From Antedon mediterranea (lineage: Eukaryota; Animalia; Echinodermata), in contig NC_092674.1 of the NCBI RefSeq assembly GCF_964355755.1, forward strand, positions 26,226,001-26,290,000: a stretch of DNA of 64,000 nucleotides, read 5' to 3'. The stretch's first letter is position 1; each line of letters opens with the position of its first letter. Both the position numbers and the translations under genes were made by a program. The notes below the pieces were generated by a model. That model was not told the origin of the DNA and ran no database searches. It saw only the letters and a list, made by a program, of their open reading frames with translations. This document shows, one piece after another, positions 46,085-60,400 of the stretch.

Positions 46085-46355
46085 TATGTGGCGCACGTTG
46101 GACTACTGATTGTGGGTTCGAATCGAACGCTCATCCCATTGTTTGTATTCTTAGGCAAGACACTTTACTCCACCCAGGGGTACAAATGTGTACCTGTAAA
46201 AGGTCAAGACACAACTTTGCACCGATTTCTAGCTGCATTATGAGAGTATGTTTCAATACGTGTTTGATCTAAAAATGACCTAAATTGTATATACAGCACT
46301 TAGAGGTTTCACAACATTAGTCGCTTTATAAATCCAGGATATTATTACCATTACT
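46085..46355 (+). mobile_element. Degenerate copy of the same CORE-like SINE
   Basis: gtggcgca..cgttggactac..ggttcgaatc..ggcaagacactttactccacccagg..gctgcattatg.gagtatgtttc..tacgtgtttgatc. Confidence 0.75.
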
Positions 46356-48489
46356 ACTTTTTTTTGTTGCAGTATGCGATAACAAATATATAAAACCAGC
46401 GTTGTGATACCTTCCGCGACCATGCCAAAATACGATTTTGATGTTCAGCTGATAATTAAGGCAAATCATGGAGTATATTACTCCATGGTTTTTCAATATT
46501 GTACTGTATTTAAAAAACAGTACTAGATTATAAGATAGATTTTTGTATCTTTTTTTTTTGTTCAGCTAAAATTGTTAATGAAGTATTCAGATTTTATGTT
46601 CATGGTGCTGCTACAATAATACTATTGGTACTTACAAGATACAATACAGTACCAAATTGGTTACCAATAAGGTTCCTTATTTTAATTGTCTTATTATTTT
46701 ATTGTGTGTACTACGGTAAACAATAATTAAGCAAAGATTGTTAGAATTGAGTAAAATACACATGACAAGTATTTATTGTAGCATTGTTTTATTCTAAAGA
46801 ATACCAGTAAGTATGGCCTTTATAAAAACATAAATATTATAAACATATTTACTGTACTACTATGTCAAGTTTAAAGGTCAAAGGTGATCACATCAGCATT
46901 TCATGTCAAGTTTGTTCTATTTCAACATATACAATTTAATATAAAATCTATACAGCATAAAATAAACTATAAAGGTGAGAAAATATTGAGAGGATGCCAC
47001 ACCCCAACTGAGACTTGCTTGCAGCTCTCCTGTCTGTCATGTGACCACTACTAGTAGTCTACAAGAATACTGGGACTGGTAGAGTATGTTAAGGTCAGAT
47101 TGAGGTCAAACTTTCACTCTCAAAAAGGTTTCGATTCATTAGAATAAATTGCCAATGTAATTGTACAAGTAGGCACATTGGAATTGACATTTAAAAAAAC
47201 TAGTTCTCGTGTAGAGTTCAGAGTGAAAAATTTACGAGACAGACAAGAGAAAATTTATAAAAATATTAGGTTTATTGAGGTCATGATTACTTATAAAAAA
47301 AATGTTGTTGTTATATTTTCATTTGTTTGAGAACAACAGCAGAGATTAGTTTTTTTTCTTTAGACAAAAGACTGATCATTCCTAATCACAAGCAGATAAC
47401 TTGTGATTTACACCGTTCAGTGATTAAGAATAAAATAAATTTCAGCGACAGAAGCAAACCAGGATGTAAAAAAACATGACTCAATTTTATGATGAAATTA
47501 AAGCAGTGTTTACATAAAAACAATGAATACCTTGCAAGCTAAAATACTGTAAAATTAAAGAGACATAAAAAATAAACCTATATAAAATATTCAAAAGTTT
47601 AAATACAGTTGTATTATAAAATAAATAGCATGGTGACATTTTACCCTATTTTAAGTTTGTACAGATACAGTAGTATAAAATATATATTATATTGAAACTT
47701 AAATAATAATAAAAACTAACACATCACACTTTTTAATTAACAGCCTCAACAAAACAAATATAATTGTGAGAGTACACTGGTTTCAGATTATCGTATATTA
47801 ATTAATAAATATATAAATTTCTTCATTAACCTGCGAATATTTGGAAGAATTTGATATATGTACAGAGGGTTGGGGGAAAATTAGTACAGTATAAAGGTAG
47901 GATTATGTACTGCTGGAATTGCGTTAACAATTGGCATTAACAAAGTCGTGTGAATAAATTTAGCTCAGACAGGATTTCGATTAGGGATTTAGCTTTACCA
48001 TTGAATAGTACAAACAAATATAACAATATAACCTCTTAACTCCAAGAAACTGAATATTTAAGTTTAGCACCTATATTTAAAATTCAATCAATTCGCCTTA
48101 TTTTTTTTACGGGATCAACAATTTTAAACAGTTAGTTACAGTGTCACAAGGGAGTAAGAGATTTTCCACATTTGATGAGACAAGTTATAAATATTTATGC
48201 AGAACCCTAGACACCACCACCATACCTCCCTTCCACCACCCCCCCTCCACCTTCAACACACACGCACTCCTAACTCTACTGTAATGTATAGGTATAGTAA
48301 TTGGCTTTAACATCAGGATATAAAAACAGCATAAATGCAGTATCGAGGATGGACTGGAAACTGGCCAATTCAAAGTTTGTTGGCAAGAACTATTATTAAA
48401 AAGAAATCTTATTCATTTCCTGAAATATTCTTAGCACTTATTTACCTTCAGTCATAAACACAAATTAATATTGTTATTCATAATCTTAA

Positions 48490-48620
48490 GCTCTGTCTAC
48501 ACTATCAAACTAGTGTGGTGTGCCCAAATGTGGTAGTGATATACACAAATATGGTAGTGGTATGACATCATCATGTCCATATATGGGCACATCAAATTTT
48601 TATGTCACATAAAGTTTGAG
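48490..48620. mobile_element. MITE family A, truncated copy in the presumptive sialyltransferase 3' UTR
   Basis: Left TIR plus core; the right TIR is truncated. Confidence 0.72.
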
Positions 48621-49197
48621 GTCAAAGGTGCATCAGCATTGCATTTCCAAGTCTGTTCTATCTACAAATGCTTTACTCAGACACTTACTTTACTGTTTAA
48701 ACACTGTTTTTGCAGCCATAATTTATAAAAAAATTAAATCAATACCCAGATAAAATGTTACCACACATAGGAAGTTTGTAATTGCAAGCACAATGCATAC
48801 ATAACTACCAAAGATAGGTTTCATATTTTTTTTTATATAAAAATAGTGAATATTATATTTTTTCTACAAACTAAACTGTCAATAAATATAATCTATAAAT
48901 ATAAAATTTAAATGGGAAAATACAGAATTTTAAATACAAATTCATAAAATGTAGTGCTAATAAATATCTAAAAAAGTTAATCATTAAACCACGATTTTGA
49001 GTGGTACTGAAGTCAGAAATTGGAATTACAGTATGTTGCTTAGGACTGTTTGCCATTTCTTTGAAAAAATATAATATTTTGTTTGTTTTAATTGAAATAC
49101 CAATAAATGAAATATAAAAATAATTTACATAACTGCCCCTTAATGTTAAAATATAATTTATTTAAAGCTTTGTTACCCATTCATTTTTTTTTCTTTG

Positions 49198-52100
49198 TTA
49201 ATACATTGTTCCAAATGCCCACTTCGCTATTTTCTGAAATATATCAACTGACCAACTCGTCTTTTCGACTCTTTTAATCCATGGCGTATTAACGACCGGT
49301 GGCTCTGACGTTCTATTTATATTCCACAAAGGGTAATGGAATGTAATGTTATATAAATACGCCCATCGATTGAACACAGCCTTTTCCGTGAGGAATCGAT
49401 GTCCGCCAAACAACGTGGCATTTTCGTGGCTGTGATAGTAGTCGCATTCTCCTGGGCTATCAAAACTTTGCGAATAGTGATATTTGGTATTCTCATGTGG
49501 ATGTTCTCTACAAAGCAATTTAAATGTACAGTAGATATAATTTATTGTAATACTGCAGCATTTTTCCTATATTATAAAATACACTGTACCTACAGTAATT
49601 TCCCTATCGTATTACTGTACCATGCAGTAATTTTCTTATAATATTTAATAATAATATGCCTACTGTATCTGCAGTACTTTTATTCAATAGGCCTATTGTA
49701 GTTTTTTTATCTTATTCAATAGGCCTACTGTAGGCCTACCTACAATAAATCTCTCTTTCTAAATAGGCCTACTATACCTACAATAAATGCCTATCTGAAT
49801 TATAGGCCTACTCTATCTACAATAAATGCCTGTGAATTATAGGCCTACTGTATCTACAATAAATGCCTATGTGAATTATAGGCCTACTATACCTACAATA
49901 AATGCCTATGTGAATTATAGGCCTACTATACCTACAATAATTGAATAGGCAGGGCTACCTAAGTAATTCCCTACTCATTGAAAAGGCCTATACTGTACCT
50001 TAAGTATTTTTTACTATAGTATCTAATCTACAGTATTTTAACTAGAATTATAAAGTAATTTCTAAACATTTTCCTTCACATTGCAGTAAATTTCATATCT
50101 TATGAATTTGAATCATTCGGACCTATGTAAATAAAATACACTAATTAATATACACTATGTGGTCTAATATCATGGTACTGTGTCATAATATCACAACTAC
50201 GTCTACAGATACAATAAGTATATTAACCTGTTTATGTTATATGCACTATCATGCTAATAAATAGTTTATAATAATATAGTAGTTCTGTAGGTTTCATATG
50301 TAACAATGTACCTGCAATAATTTTCATACACAAAACCATAGATATCAATTTTCTCACACATATCCAAAGCTGTGAGTATTGTGTACCATCCAGTTGATAA
50401 CCAAGTATTGCTTTCCATTCTGAAGGGAAAAACCCAACAAATTTGTATTAATGTTATTTTAAAATACATTTGAGGTAAAATAACACAACATAAGAATCTA
50501 TATTACGTTAGAAAAACACTGAAACTAAAGTGGGCTAATGGTGAAGTGCTTGCATATAATACTGAAGAGTGTGGGTTTAAGCCGTGGTTTGATCATTTTT
50601 TTTACTCTTTCCTGTTTAATCTGTACACAATATTTCATTGATCTTGTAGCGTTACAATTTCATTAATCTAGATATTACATTAAAAATATTAAAGGAAAAA
50701 TTTCAACTTACCTATTTTTACCAGTTTCCAATTCAAATATCACATCTGCCATGAGTTCACCATTTTTATCAAGACTATAGAAATCAATATTTGGAAACTG
50801 TTCCTTAAGAATTTCAGCTTTTAGCTTAGCCCACTTATGATTCTTAGCATTTAGTCCAAATAATATAATCGTCTCAGGAGTTCCTACTCCCTCTAAAATA
50901 TCTATGTTTGCCATCACGTTTGTTGTTGACATGTGACATACAACACGAACTGTCGTCCTGGAACCAACATCATTTTGGTACTGTTTGACAGGAGAATGAT
51001 TCATTCGAATAACGCAGGAGGCATTGTCAATTATTTCACCAGCTCCTGTGTTCAACATTTGACCAGAGGATGAAACAATAGCACAAGATGAACATTTCTT
51101 TTTAAGTTTCTGAAAAAAAAAAATACATTATAGGCAACACCTCTTCCAAAACGGAAAACTACCAGACTACAGTATTCTTCGTGACCAAACTGTCCCAAAT
51201 TCTAAATAAATCAAAACTTACCTCATTGCTCTCCATAGATTTGTAATGTTGAACAATCTCTGGTTTGTATTTTTTTGAAGGAAGTTTAAATATTGCGCTG
51301 TCATTACTAGGTTGTAATGGTGAAATATGTTTCAAGTTACTTCTAATAATGTTGTTACTCAATGCAATAGTAGGTTCTTGTTGAACTGGAGGGACGTATG
51401 AACTGGTAGAGTTTGACGCACTATATATTGCAATGGTAATAGCATAACATGATATAACTACAAGGAAGATTACTTTCATCTGTAAAATAAAAGAACAATT
51501 TAATAAGTATGACTTTCAATTAGTATTAGTGTACATTGTTAAAGATGTATTGTCCCTTTGACTAATTCCAAAAAAAATAAAAAATATTTCGAAAAAAAGT
51601 GGGTCATTTTGAAGTATCATAATAGTCGAAAAAAAAACTCATTTAACTGAAATACAGACGTTTCTTTGTTTAAAAAATAACTTTGACTTCCAGTTTTCGA
51701 TCAAAACATATCTCATAATGCAACTCGCTTGTTTGGCTACTCTGTATGCATTATCATAAAACTTCTTCGCGATCTGTGTAAAAACACTTGTGGTTTGAAA
51801 TATATGTTTACTTTCGCTTACGACGATTTTCCAGACGAAATGTAATCAAATGAATTTACCTGTTAATTACGTTTTTGGCTCGAATTTTCGCATTAAAATG
51901 AATAACTTTAATTATTACTTTGATGTGGCCAATTTAAATTTAGAATATTTTGACCTTCATTTTTTGTGTTTCAAGGGACATTACATTTAATGCACTATTA
52001 AAAAAAAGATCATATCCCGGTGTGCTGATTTGGGTAGGCGTGGCGGACAGACAGACAGATGAGTCCGTAGATAATACCTTTACCTTTTACCTTTTTTAAA

Positions 52101-53211
52101 ATAGGTAACTATTTATTCTCTACAGTTTTCAGTAACACAAATCTAGTTCTCACCTTTTTTTTAATAAATGTACAACATTGGGCCATTTCTGGAAGTTTCA
52201 ACGTCAATTTCTAACTGCATTAAATTCCTCACTAGTACAGGTTAAATCAAAGCTGGTACAGAGTAACCATGAATTGGAATGAAATTAAATGTCCAAAAAG
52301 GGGGATTGTTATCATTGTCAACTAAAAACAATACAAAAAGATCAAAGGATTACCTACAGTACTTTTAGCATGGACAAAGGATGTCACAAAAATCAAAAGA
52401 CACAAGGCTTTAACTTAAAAACAGCAAAAAGATCTGTACAGTACAGTGGACTAATATAAAAAGAAATCCAATCTGATTAGAATTTCTTTATTTGGTAATC
52501 AAGATTAAAAACAATTACACCATAGAAATAAAACAAAAAAAGATTTGTGCAAAAAAAATCCCCCCAAAAACAGGCCTTGATTGGAACAAATGCCAAGTCA
52601 TAAACTTTATTTTCACTCAGTTCTTTCCAAAAAGAACTAAATGTACCTTAAACAAAAAAAAGATTAACAAATTTATATAGCAAAGCTGTTCCTAGCATTA
52701 TGCACTTTGTCAATTGTATGACCCATTACACAACTCCTGGGAGAGGTGCATCATTGATGCGTCAATTACAAATAATTATTGACGGGTACGTCACATCAAT
52801 GAACAATGGTGTGTCAATGTCTGTCACTATAAGCACCTTGAGCACCTTTGGTGGCGAAGTGAACTCTAGAAATCTGCATTATTATTATTATTATTCTATT
52901 ACTTTATCACCCACCATATCACCAACAACCTGGTCACAATGTGTCATTGTTCTTCAAAATGAGTGCATCATGGTCACCTAAAGGTAAGTCACTTTTTTGA
53001 CACAGGGGTGTGTCATGGTATTCATAAAGTATGACGCACCTCTCCCGAGGGTCGTATAGCGGGTCATACAATTGACAAGTGCATTACAACATGAATCGTC
53101 CAAGTTTAGATAAAACACTACACTTACAAAAATCTTTGGTTTTGGTAAGCTATTTCCTGTGGTCTTGTAACATTCACAATCTTTTGTGGAATTATGTGTC
53201 GTTGATCCCAT
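49198..53211 (-). CDS. Alpha-2,6-sialyltransferase (GT29), ST6GalNAc III-VI type, type II membrane protein
   Basis: Exons 53211-53128 (inferred cytosolic tail), 51479-51222 (TM VIFLVVISCYAITIAIYS), 51109-50712 (sialylmotif L CSSCAIVSSSGQM...IDNASCVIRMN...DVGSRTT), 50419-50312 (motif S LSTGWYT...CEKIDIYGF), 49507-49198 (motif III YHY, motif VS HRFLTEK). Probable non-coding first exon ending near 54018. Confidence 0.9.
49680..49945. repeat. Minisatellite with units of about 39 bp in the last sialyltransferase intron
   Basis: ataggcctactatacctacaataaatgcctatgtgaatt repeated about 4-5 times. Confidence 0.88.
51543..51986. mobile_element. Non-autonomous element with TTAA flanks (Kolobok-like)
   Basis: ttaa|agatgtattgtccctt ... 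aagggacattacat|ttaa. Confidence 0.6.
52701..53083. mobile_element. TIR element family E
   Basis: TIRs of about 55 bp, tgcact(t)tgtcaattgtatgaccc...gggagaggtgc.tcat; tta flanks; related copy at 43546-43780. Confidence 0.75.
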
Positions 53212-54483
53212 TGTACATATCCGTCTTCATTTCAAAAAACTGAAATTTAATTTTTTTTTTATTAAAACAGTGTTTGCTCAGATTATTATATTTAATTCTG
53301 CCACTAAAACACAATCAACAATTTTTGGCGAAGAAACTGAGAATTCACGTTTAGAATAAAAAATTATGGAAAGAAAAATATAATAAGTTAAATTTACCCT
53401 AGAACACATTAATAATATTACATGTACTTGTTATCAGTTTTTACCCATAAAACTCTCTCTGCCGGGCAATACCAGGACTTATCGGGCGGGCATGGATTAT
53501 GACCGATTTCAAGTAATAATCGACTGCTGAGGCCTGAGTGAAGCAAGTTAAAATTATACAACCGAAAAAGCCATACAATTTTAATCAAAGTAAGCCTATT
53601 GACATCTATCTAGGCTAGCTAGAATAAGATGCCATGTTGTAATTGTATGGACATCTTCAACCTAGCCTAGCCTAGGCCTACTTTCTTAAAAATATCTTTT
53701 TGATGTATATTATAGGGCCTATATACACACAAAAAGTCATTAACTGTACCCGGGCGTTTAGATGCTGCGGCCGGGCGCACTCCGGGCGTTCACGGCGGGT
53801 GGTTTTTATAGTCCTAGCGTAAGCTAGGCTAGGCCTACAGTAACACTTCTGTTTGCGAACTACAGGCAGAGACAGGCCTAGCCTAGCCTTGTTGTGGGCG
53901 TAGGCTAGCCTAGGCCTAGCCTGGTAGGTCCTAAAACTAGCCTGGCCCTAGGCTTACTAGATTCTAAAGGTGCCTAGGCCATAGCATAGGTAAGGTTCTT
54001 CTCATTTTTGTAAATACCTCAAAATCTGACGACTGCGATGAACATCTTTATATTACTTGTCAACGATATGCGAAATATTAAATGATAACTATAAAATCAT
54101 CTCATCATCAGCAGCAGCATGACAAACGTATAAATCATAAATCATGTGGTGGATTCGATTAAATTGATAACGCCCTCAATAAATCTGGCAAGCAGACGAC
54201 AAGTGATGATCTGGATATATATTTACCGTAATATAAATATTTAAATTAGATTACTGTATAAGGTTTAAACAAGCTTAAATACACTACATCTACTATATTT
54301 ATAAATTTATAAAAAAATAATAAACCGAGCTACAATAATTTGTTTAAGAATACATGGAAACAATCAAGAAATGGCAGACATAAACATTTAAAACCTCCAT
54401 GATCTCAATGAATGAAATAATTTCAATTTTTAACTGGTAATTTTTAGGAATTAGTTTGAGAGTTTAGAATAGTCAAATCAAAT

Positions 54484-54651
54484 CAAGGAAATTTAACAAC
54501 AGGATGACCCAGGAGATTAAAAGGTTTATCTGTGGCTGCGACATGATCAGTTCCACACACATTAACAGACAATGCACGCCACAGAGAATATGTACATAGT
54601 ACAGTACTGTTGGTATTTGTTGAAGCCAGCTCAGTATCCTAGATTACCTTG
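54484..54651 (+). mobile_element. MITE family P, internally deleted copy 3
   Basis: Shares ggtttatctgtggctgc..catgatcagtt and tacatagtacagtactgttggtatttgt with copy 2; flanks atcaaat / ttcaaat. Confidence 0.75.
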
Positions 54652-57486
54652 TTCAAATCAAGTTTGTCTCCTTGTGTAATTTTCTCATGTGCGAATTTGA
54701 TTTGATTTATTTCACTACCATATAATTTTCAATACAAAAAACCTTTGTGGCAATTTGTTGTTAGGTTGCTTTGGTACTAGGGACAGGCCAAAAGAAGGGG
54801 ATTTGGGGATTTGGGGATTTGCATTTCATCTGCAAAATGGCTAATTTTAAAAACATGGTACACTCACCACCATATATAACACTATAAAATAAGACAGTGA
54901 CTAGACTTATGTTGTAACTGGGTTTTATTAAATCTGTACAAGCTGTTAATTGGAATAATAATACAGTAAATACACGCTCTAGAAAATTCTAAAAACGTTA
55001 TGAAAAACGCACAATATGATGATGACCAGAAGCTGAATGTAAACGTGTTGAGTTTGCAAAATATTATTAGCTTAAAAAAAAACCTTGTGATTTTATACTA
55101 TGATTTAAATATCCCATTTCAATATTGTATTAATTTGGCTTTGAACTCATAATTACTAAATTAAATTTGTTTAAAATTATCGCCTAGAACTAAAAGTTAA
55201 TATCAAACAAAATTAAAAATTTAAATATATATTCATGATGATTCACTAATACAAACTCAGTTTCACAATGTAAAAAAAATGCACATTTAAAAGAGCACAA
55301 AATTATTAACAGTGATTGGATATTGTGATTTGCTAATTTGCATACAGATGTACTAGTATTAAGAAATCATAATCGAATACAGCACCAATGAAATGACACT
55401 TTCCCTGCTGATAATCAAAGTGCATCTAGGAAGCATTGTAATAAATATGCTAATAAGCAATTTACATATTTCCCAGGTGAACATTTATCGCTATAAATTT
55501 CTCAGAGCTTGTGAAAGTTGCATTACATATTTTTACTATAAATACCTTAATATTAGTCTATGTATGGATTTTAGAAACTTAAAACTTTCTGTCTAGAACA
55601 AAGTGCATCTAGGAAGCATTATGCTAATGAGCAATTTACATAATTTCCCAGGTAGACATTTTGTGACAATATGCTTTTAAATGTTATTATGCAAATGTTT
55701 AATTTGATTAAGAAAATTGATCTTAACAACAACTACAAATAGAATATAGATATTGAATGAGCATAAATTAATTATAACTTATTGTTTTTTATTACAAATT
55801 CTCAGCTTTTTTTCTTTTCTTAGGATTCAGTTTAAAAAAGCCTTTTTAAAAATTCAATCAACTTCCACATATGTATGTGAAATAGATCAAGATGTTGGTA
55901 ATGTTATAGCTACATGTTATACTTTGATCAAAAAGTATCGCAGGTTAAAATAAACTTTACAATATTCATCTTCAAAAAAAGGCTACAGCTTGAACAAAAA
56001 GAATAATTTATAAATACAAGTTTCAGTCGTATAGTATTAATAGAAAAAAATTCACTCAATGCTCAGCATTAAAGTTCGCTAAAATAGAAATACAATATGT
56101 ATATATAAACACCAAGGTCTCTTAACAACATACATAAACCATGGAATGGTACAGTGATGCATAACAAATTTTTATGAGAAAGACAAGATATAAATGAACA
56201 TACATGAACAAAAACATATAGGAACACATATAATAAATATTTTGAAGAAAAACAAAATTCAACAAAATGGTTAAAATATCCAAAACAAAATAATAAATAT
56301 ACATATTTTGACAACACATTTAAAAAGCCCATTTTTATCATGAGTGCAGAAGAGGGATTAAAAATCTGAACTTGGCCAAATATTTTGTCAACAATTTGAA
56401 TGAATATATTGGAATTTGATCTTTCACAAGAAAAATACAAAAATACACAACCCAAATGGACACACACGCAATATGTACATAAATAACAAAATATTAATAC
56501 TGTAATAAATGGTTTTAAAATACAGATAATTTTGACTATTGTAATAGGTTATATTTTGTCTCATTTTGTCTCTTTCTGTATGCTGAGTTATAACATTCCC
56601 ATCATATAGTTTTTAGCAAAATTGTGAGTGAGCTGTCAGAAAGAACGTTCGTTGTTCATTCATATTGAATGTTTCTGCTAGATCCTCTTCCAAACAAAAC
56701 CCTTGACACATGCATACATAGATGAACACACATGTATACACACATGAACAAAATTGTTGTATCCACACAGAACTATTTTGTTTTAAACTTACATAAAAAC
56801 AATATGATTTAAAAACCAGATGGGCGTCTCCCACCCTATTTTTCGAATAGATTTTACACTTGGCGTCTCGTATCTATCATTACTTTATATTTAATATATC
56901 GTTTATTTATTTATCTCCTAAATAATTATTTACAGTCAATATCTTATCTATACACATTGTACAAAAACAGAGTTAAAAAATTTCTTTATTTCTTATGTTA
57001 CAAGTTTCACACCAAAATGTTTGGATATTATTTTTTTAAAACTTTCTGCAAACGACTGTGCAAAACTATGCTTGTAAAGTTCCTTTGATAGGAAAAAATA
57101 TAGATATTATAAGACACATCCCATTTGCAGTTTTTGCTTGAAAGACCAGGACGCCCTCTATAGTTTATCAATCTGGCAAAATGTCATTGCATCGATGTTT
57201 GAAAAAAGCCTTTGAAGGATTAACTTGAAGAACACAGAGATGAGGTTCAACAATCCTAGCTGTTAATTCCACTACCTTTGTGTGTTTTTATTTGGGTACC
57301 CATTTATTCTCATGGTAAAGTATTGTGAAAGTTTCTTTTGATCAAAACCAACTGTTTTTCCATCTGCTAACAAAATTTGGAATTATTTAAAAGACTAGTC
57401 TTCAGAAATTCTATAACTCCAGCATGTGTGATTGTAATTCTGAAAAACCACAGTTGCACCCTCCGCCGCTCCGCAACAAATATTCA

Positions 57487-60400
57487 TTATAACGCTTTAT
57501 CACTTGATAGCATACTTCCACGTAACGCTTGTAATTGTTCTTCGCCTAGTTTAATCTTATCGTTAAATTCTCGGGACATCCACGTTAAGTTGGACTTCGT
57601 TTTAATAAAATACTCATAATCTTGGTACTGTTCCGTGTTTAAGTTCGTTTTGAGAAACGTTGACACAGTTTTACTCTTTTTATCAACAGAATTTTTTAGT
57701 GTTTTTGCATCTTCATATTGCTGTCTCAGTTTTGTTAACAGTTGCTGTAGACTAGTCTGGAATAATAAAAACAAAATGTTAATTAGTTATTGTCACTAAA
57801 TCACAAACATTTATTTTGTCTCTGTCTATTTAATCAACATTCATTCATTCAACATAAAATCCACACCAGAACAGGATAAAATGAAAAATGGTCAGCAGGG
57901 CTGTCGCTGTAACTGAAATGAGACGGCTACACCAGCTATGTTGGAAACGGGGGAGCACTAACATGTAATATTAACAGTCTGTCAAAATTAGATATCGTAA
58001 TTTCAAATTATTATTATTATTTATTATTTTATTTATATAGCGCTTTTCCAAATTAGTATAAAATGATCAAAGCGCTTTACATCAGCACACCCAACAATGA
58101 GTTACTTCTTAGGAAATAGATGTGTTTATAGGGCTTTTTTAAATTTTAAAACCGTGGTTTGTTCCCGGATCACAGACGGGAGTTCGTTCCACATCACCGG
58201 TCCAAATTTAGAGAAAGTATTATTTCCAGAGGTCCGCTTTTCGAGACAGTGATCCAATCTAGTGTGATCTATCTCGGACCTCAGGCCTCTCTTAGCACAT
58301 CTATACACCCGTAAGAGATTGCTCAGATAACAAGGCGCATTATTATTTATACAATTGTAGACATGAAGTAACACTTTAAAAGTGATTCTACTTTCAACAG
58401 CTGTCAAAAAGGGAACGCTCACAACTTTAGGGGGAGCACTTCCCACTATATCTGTCCCTGAAGTAGCTACATTTTACAGTGTAGAGAAAGAGGGCTATAA
58501 TGGCACAATACTAAGGAATCTGGCATATAAAAATGTTATTTGTATCAATAGGCCAGGCCACATTTTTTACGATAGGATACTTTTATGTTGAATGTATGTA
58601 CAGAAAATTATAAAACTAACTTTCTGTTCCTCATCGTCTTCCGCTTCGGCCGTACTAAGGGCGTTCTCAGCCCTTGCTACTCGTCCTGACAGTGATAACA
58701 ACAAGTCAATTATTTTACTCTGTTCCTCTATGTACTGATTGTATTTTCGTATTTCCCTTCGTTCACACACTTTCTTTACAACTTCTGTTACTTCACTGTT
58801 GAGAAAAGAAAATATTTGTTAATACATCTGCTACAATATAAAATCCAATTTTAACTTATATTCACACTGGTAAAATCAAAACCAAAACTTATTAATGGCA
58901 GAGTTGCCCGTCTCTATTTTCAGATTCTGCAGTATTGTGCATGTTTGTGGGTGGTACGCCACTCCTTCCTCACAAACGAGTCTGAATTACCGACAGCCCC
59001 AGAGCTTAAAAACAGGTACCAATTGTTTACATCTATGTAAGGAGGAACAAGAAGGATAAAGGATTCAGCACTGCAGTGACTTAATTGGAGCTCGAACCCA
59101 CAACCTCTGGATAGTGCGTCCAATAATCATAGCCTTCATTATAGTGTTGTTTATTTCTTAAAGCTCTGTCCGCACTATCAAACTAGTTTGACAAAAAAGG
59201 TGTGATGTGCCCAAATATCGTAGTGATAAGATTTCACCATGTCCATATATGGGCACATCATATTTTTTGTCACATCAAGTTTGATAGTGTAGACAGAGAT
59301 TAATAGCCACCCTTTATATTATATTATATTATTTATATTATTATTAATACTCTTGTATTACTTACTTTCCAAGCTCTTCATTTTTCTTTTTATCTTCTTC
59401 AAGCTCTTGTAATTCTAATTTCAGTCCTTCTAACTTTTTGCTTATACTGTTTATTAACTCCGCCTAAAAATAAAATTGATTTTAAATGCTAAAAGATACA
59501 AAACTGACACATATACTGTACCATACACTAATAAGGGGATTAAAAAAGGCCCTGATGCTAAATAGGAACCTAAAAATGAATAATGGTATTGATGCAGCGA
59601 TTCATAAGGTTACTATATTATATTCTTCAGTCCTTATATAAATATAATAAAACCCATCCACCCACATTTTTTTTTTATATTTATGTAAAAAAGGTATTTT
59701 TGCAATAATTGGAGGATTTGCGATATTAATCAGCCAGTGGGAGTTATTGTTGTACATTACGAATTTTTACAATTAAGTGTCATGTGACAATATGATGCAT
59801 GTCTGAATAGGGTAAAAGGTAAACCAGATTGGCATTGGTTACCTTTTTCTTGTTTAATTCCTGTGTGTCTAACTCTTCTGAGCTTCCTTCAATCTCTTGC
59901 GATGCCTTCTTCATTAGGAGTGCCTTGGAGGTGGAAATGTAGTACTGTGATGTTGGTGACAGAGCAGGAATCGGAGATGTTGGTATCCTAAAGAAACAAA
60001 TGAAAAACAATTAGCTACACTAAACACAAACACGCTGCAAATTATCTATAGTTTACAAATTGAATACTCTAATACCTGTTGCAATACAGTACTTCAAAAG
60101 CAAAAAAAAATTGTCAAAATTAATTCACAAATAAATTTGTTTTTAAATCAAGCTTTCATTAGAGGCTAGCCCGAACTTGCCCATGTTTCACAAAGCTGTA
60201 GGTAGCCCAATTCCACATGCCATGAATAGGCCTACTTACTGGTGAGGCATGATTAGCTGTACCACACACACACATTGGTACTAAATACTGTACAACACAA
60301 TGGCAAGGGACAAACACTATTGTACACAGCCTACTAACTACACAGTAGTTGAACAACTATAGATTTACAATACATACACAACGTTCCCTTGCTATGAGTC

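Noticed and set aside
49680-49945. CRISPR-like regular repeats (also 23468-23573, 45620-45790 and 25540-25790)
   Set aside because: Head-to-tail units without unique spacers, no cas genes, and a eukaryotic non-coding context.
55393-56834. Several 65-132 aa ORFs
   Set aside because: Low-complexity AT-rich sequence in the presumptive Shroom 3' UTR, with no motifs or splice support.
58126-58446. 106-aa ORF as a host gene or Shroom exon
   Set aside because: It is the C-terminal remnant of an L2 ORF2 with an in-frame stop and a LINE 3' tail.
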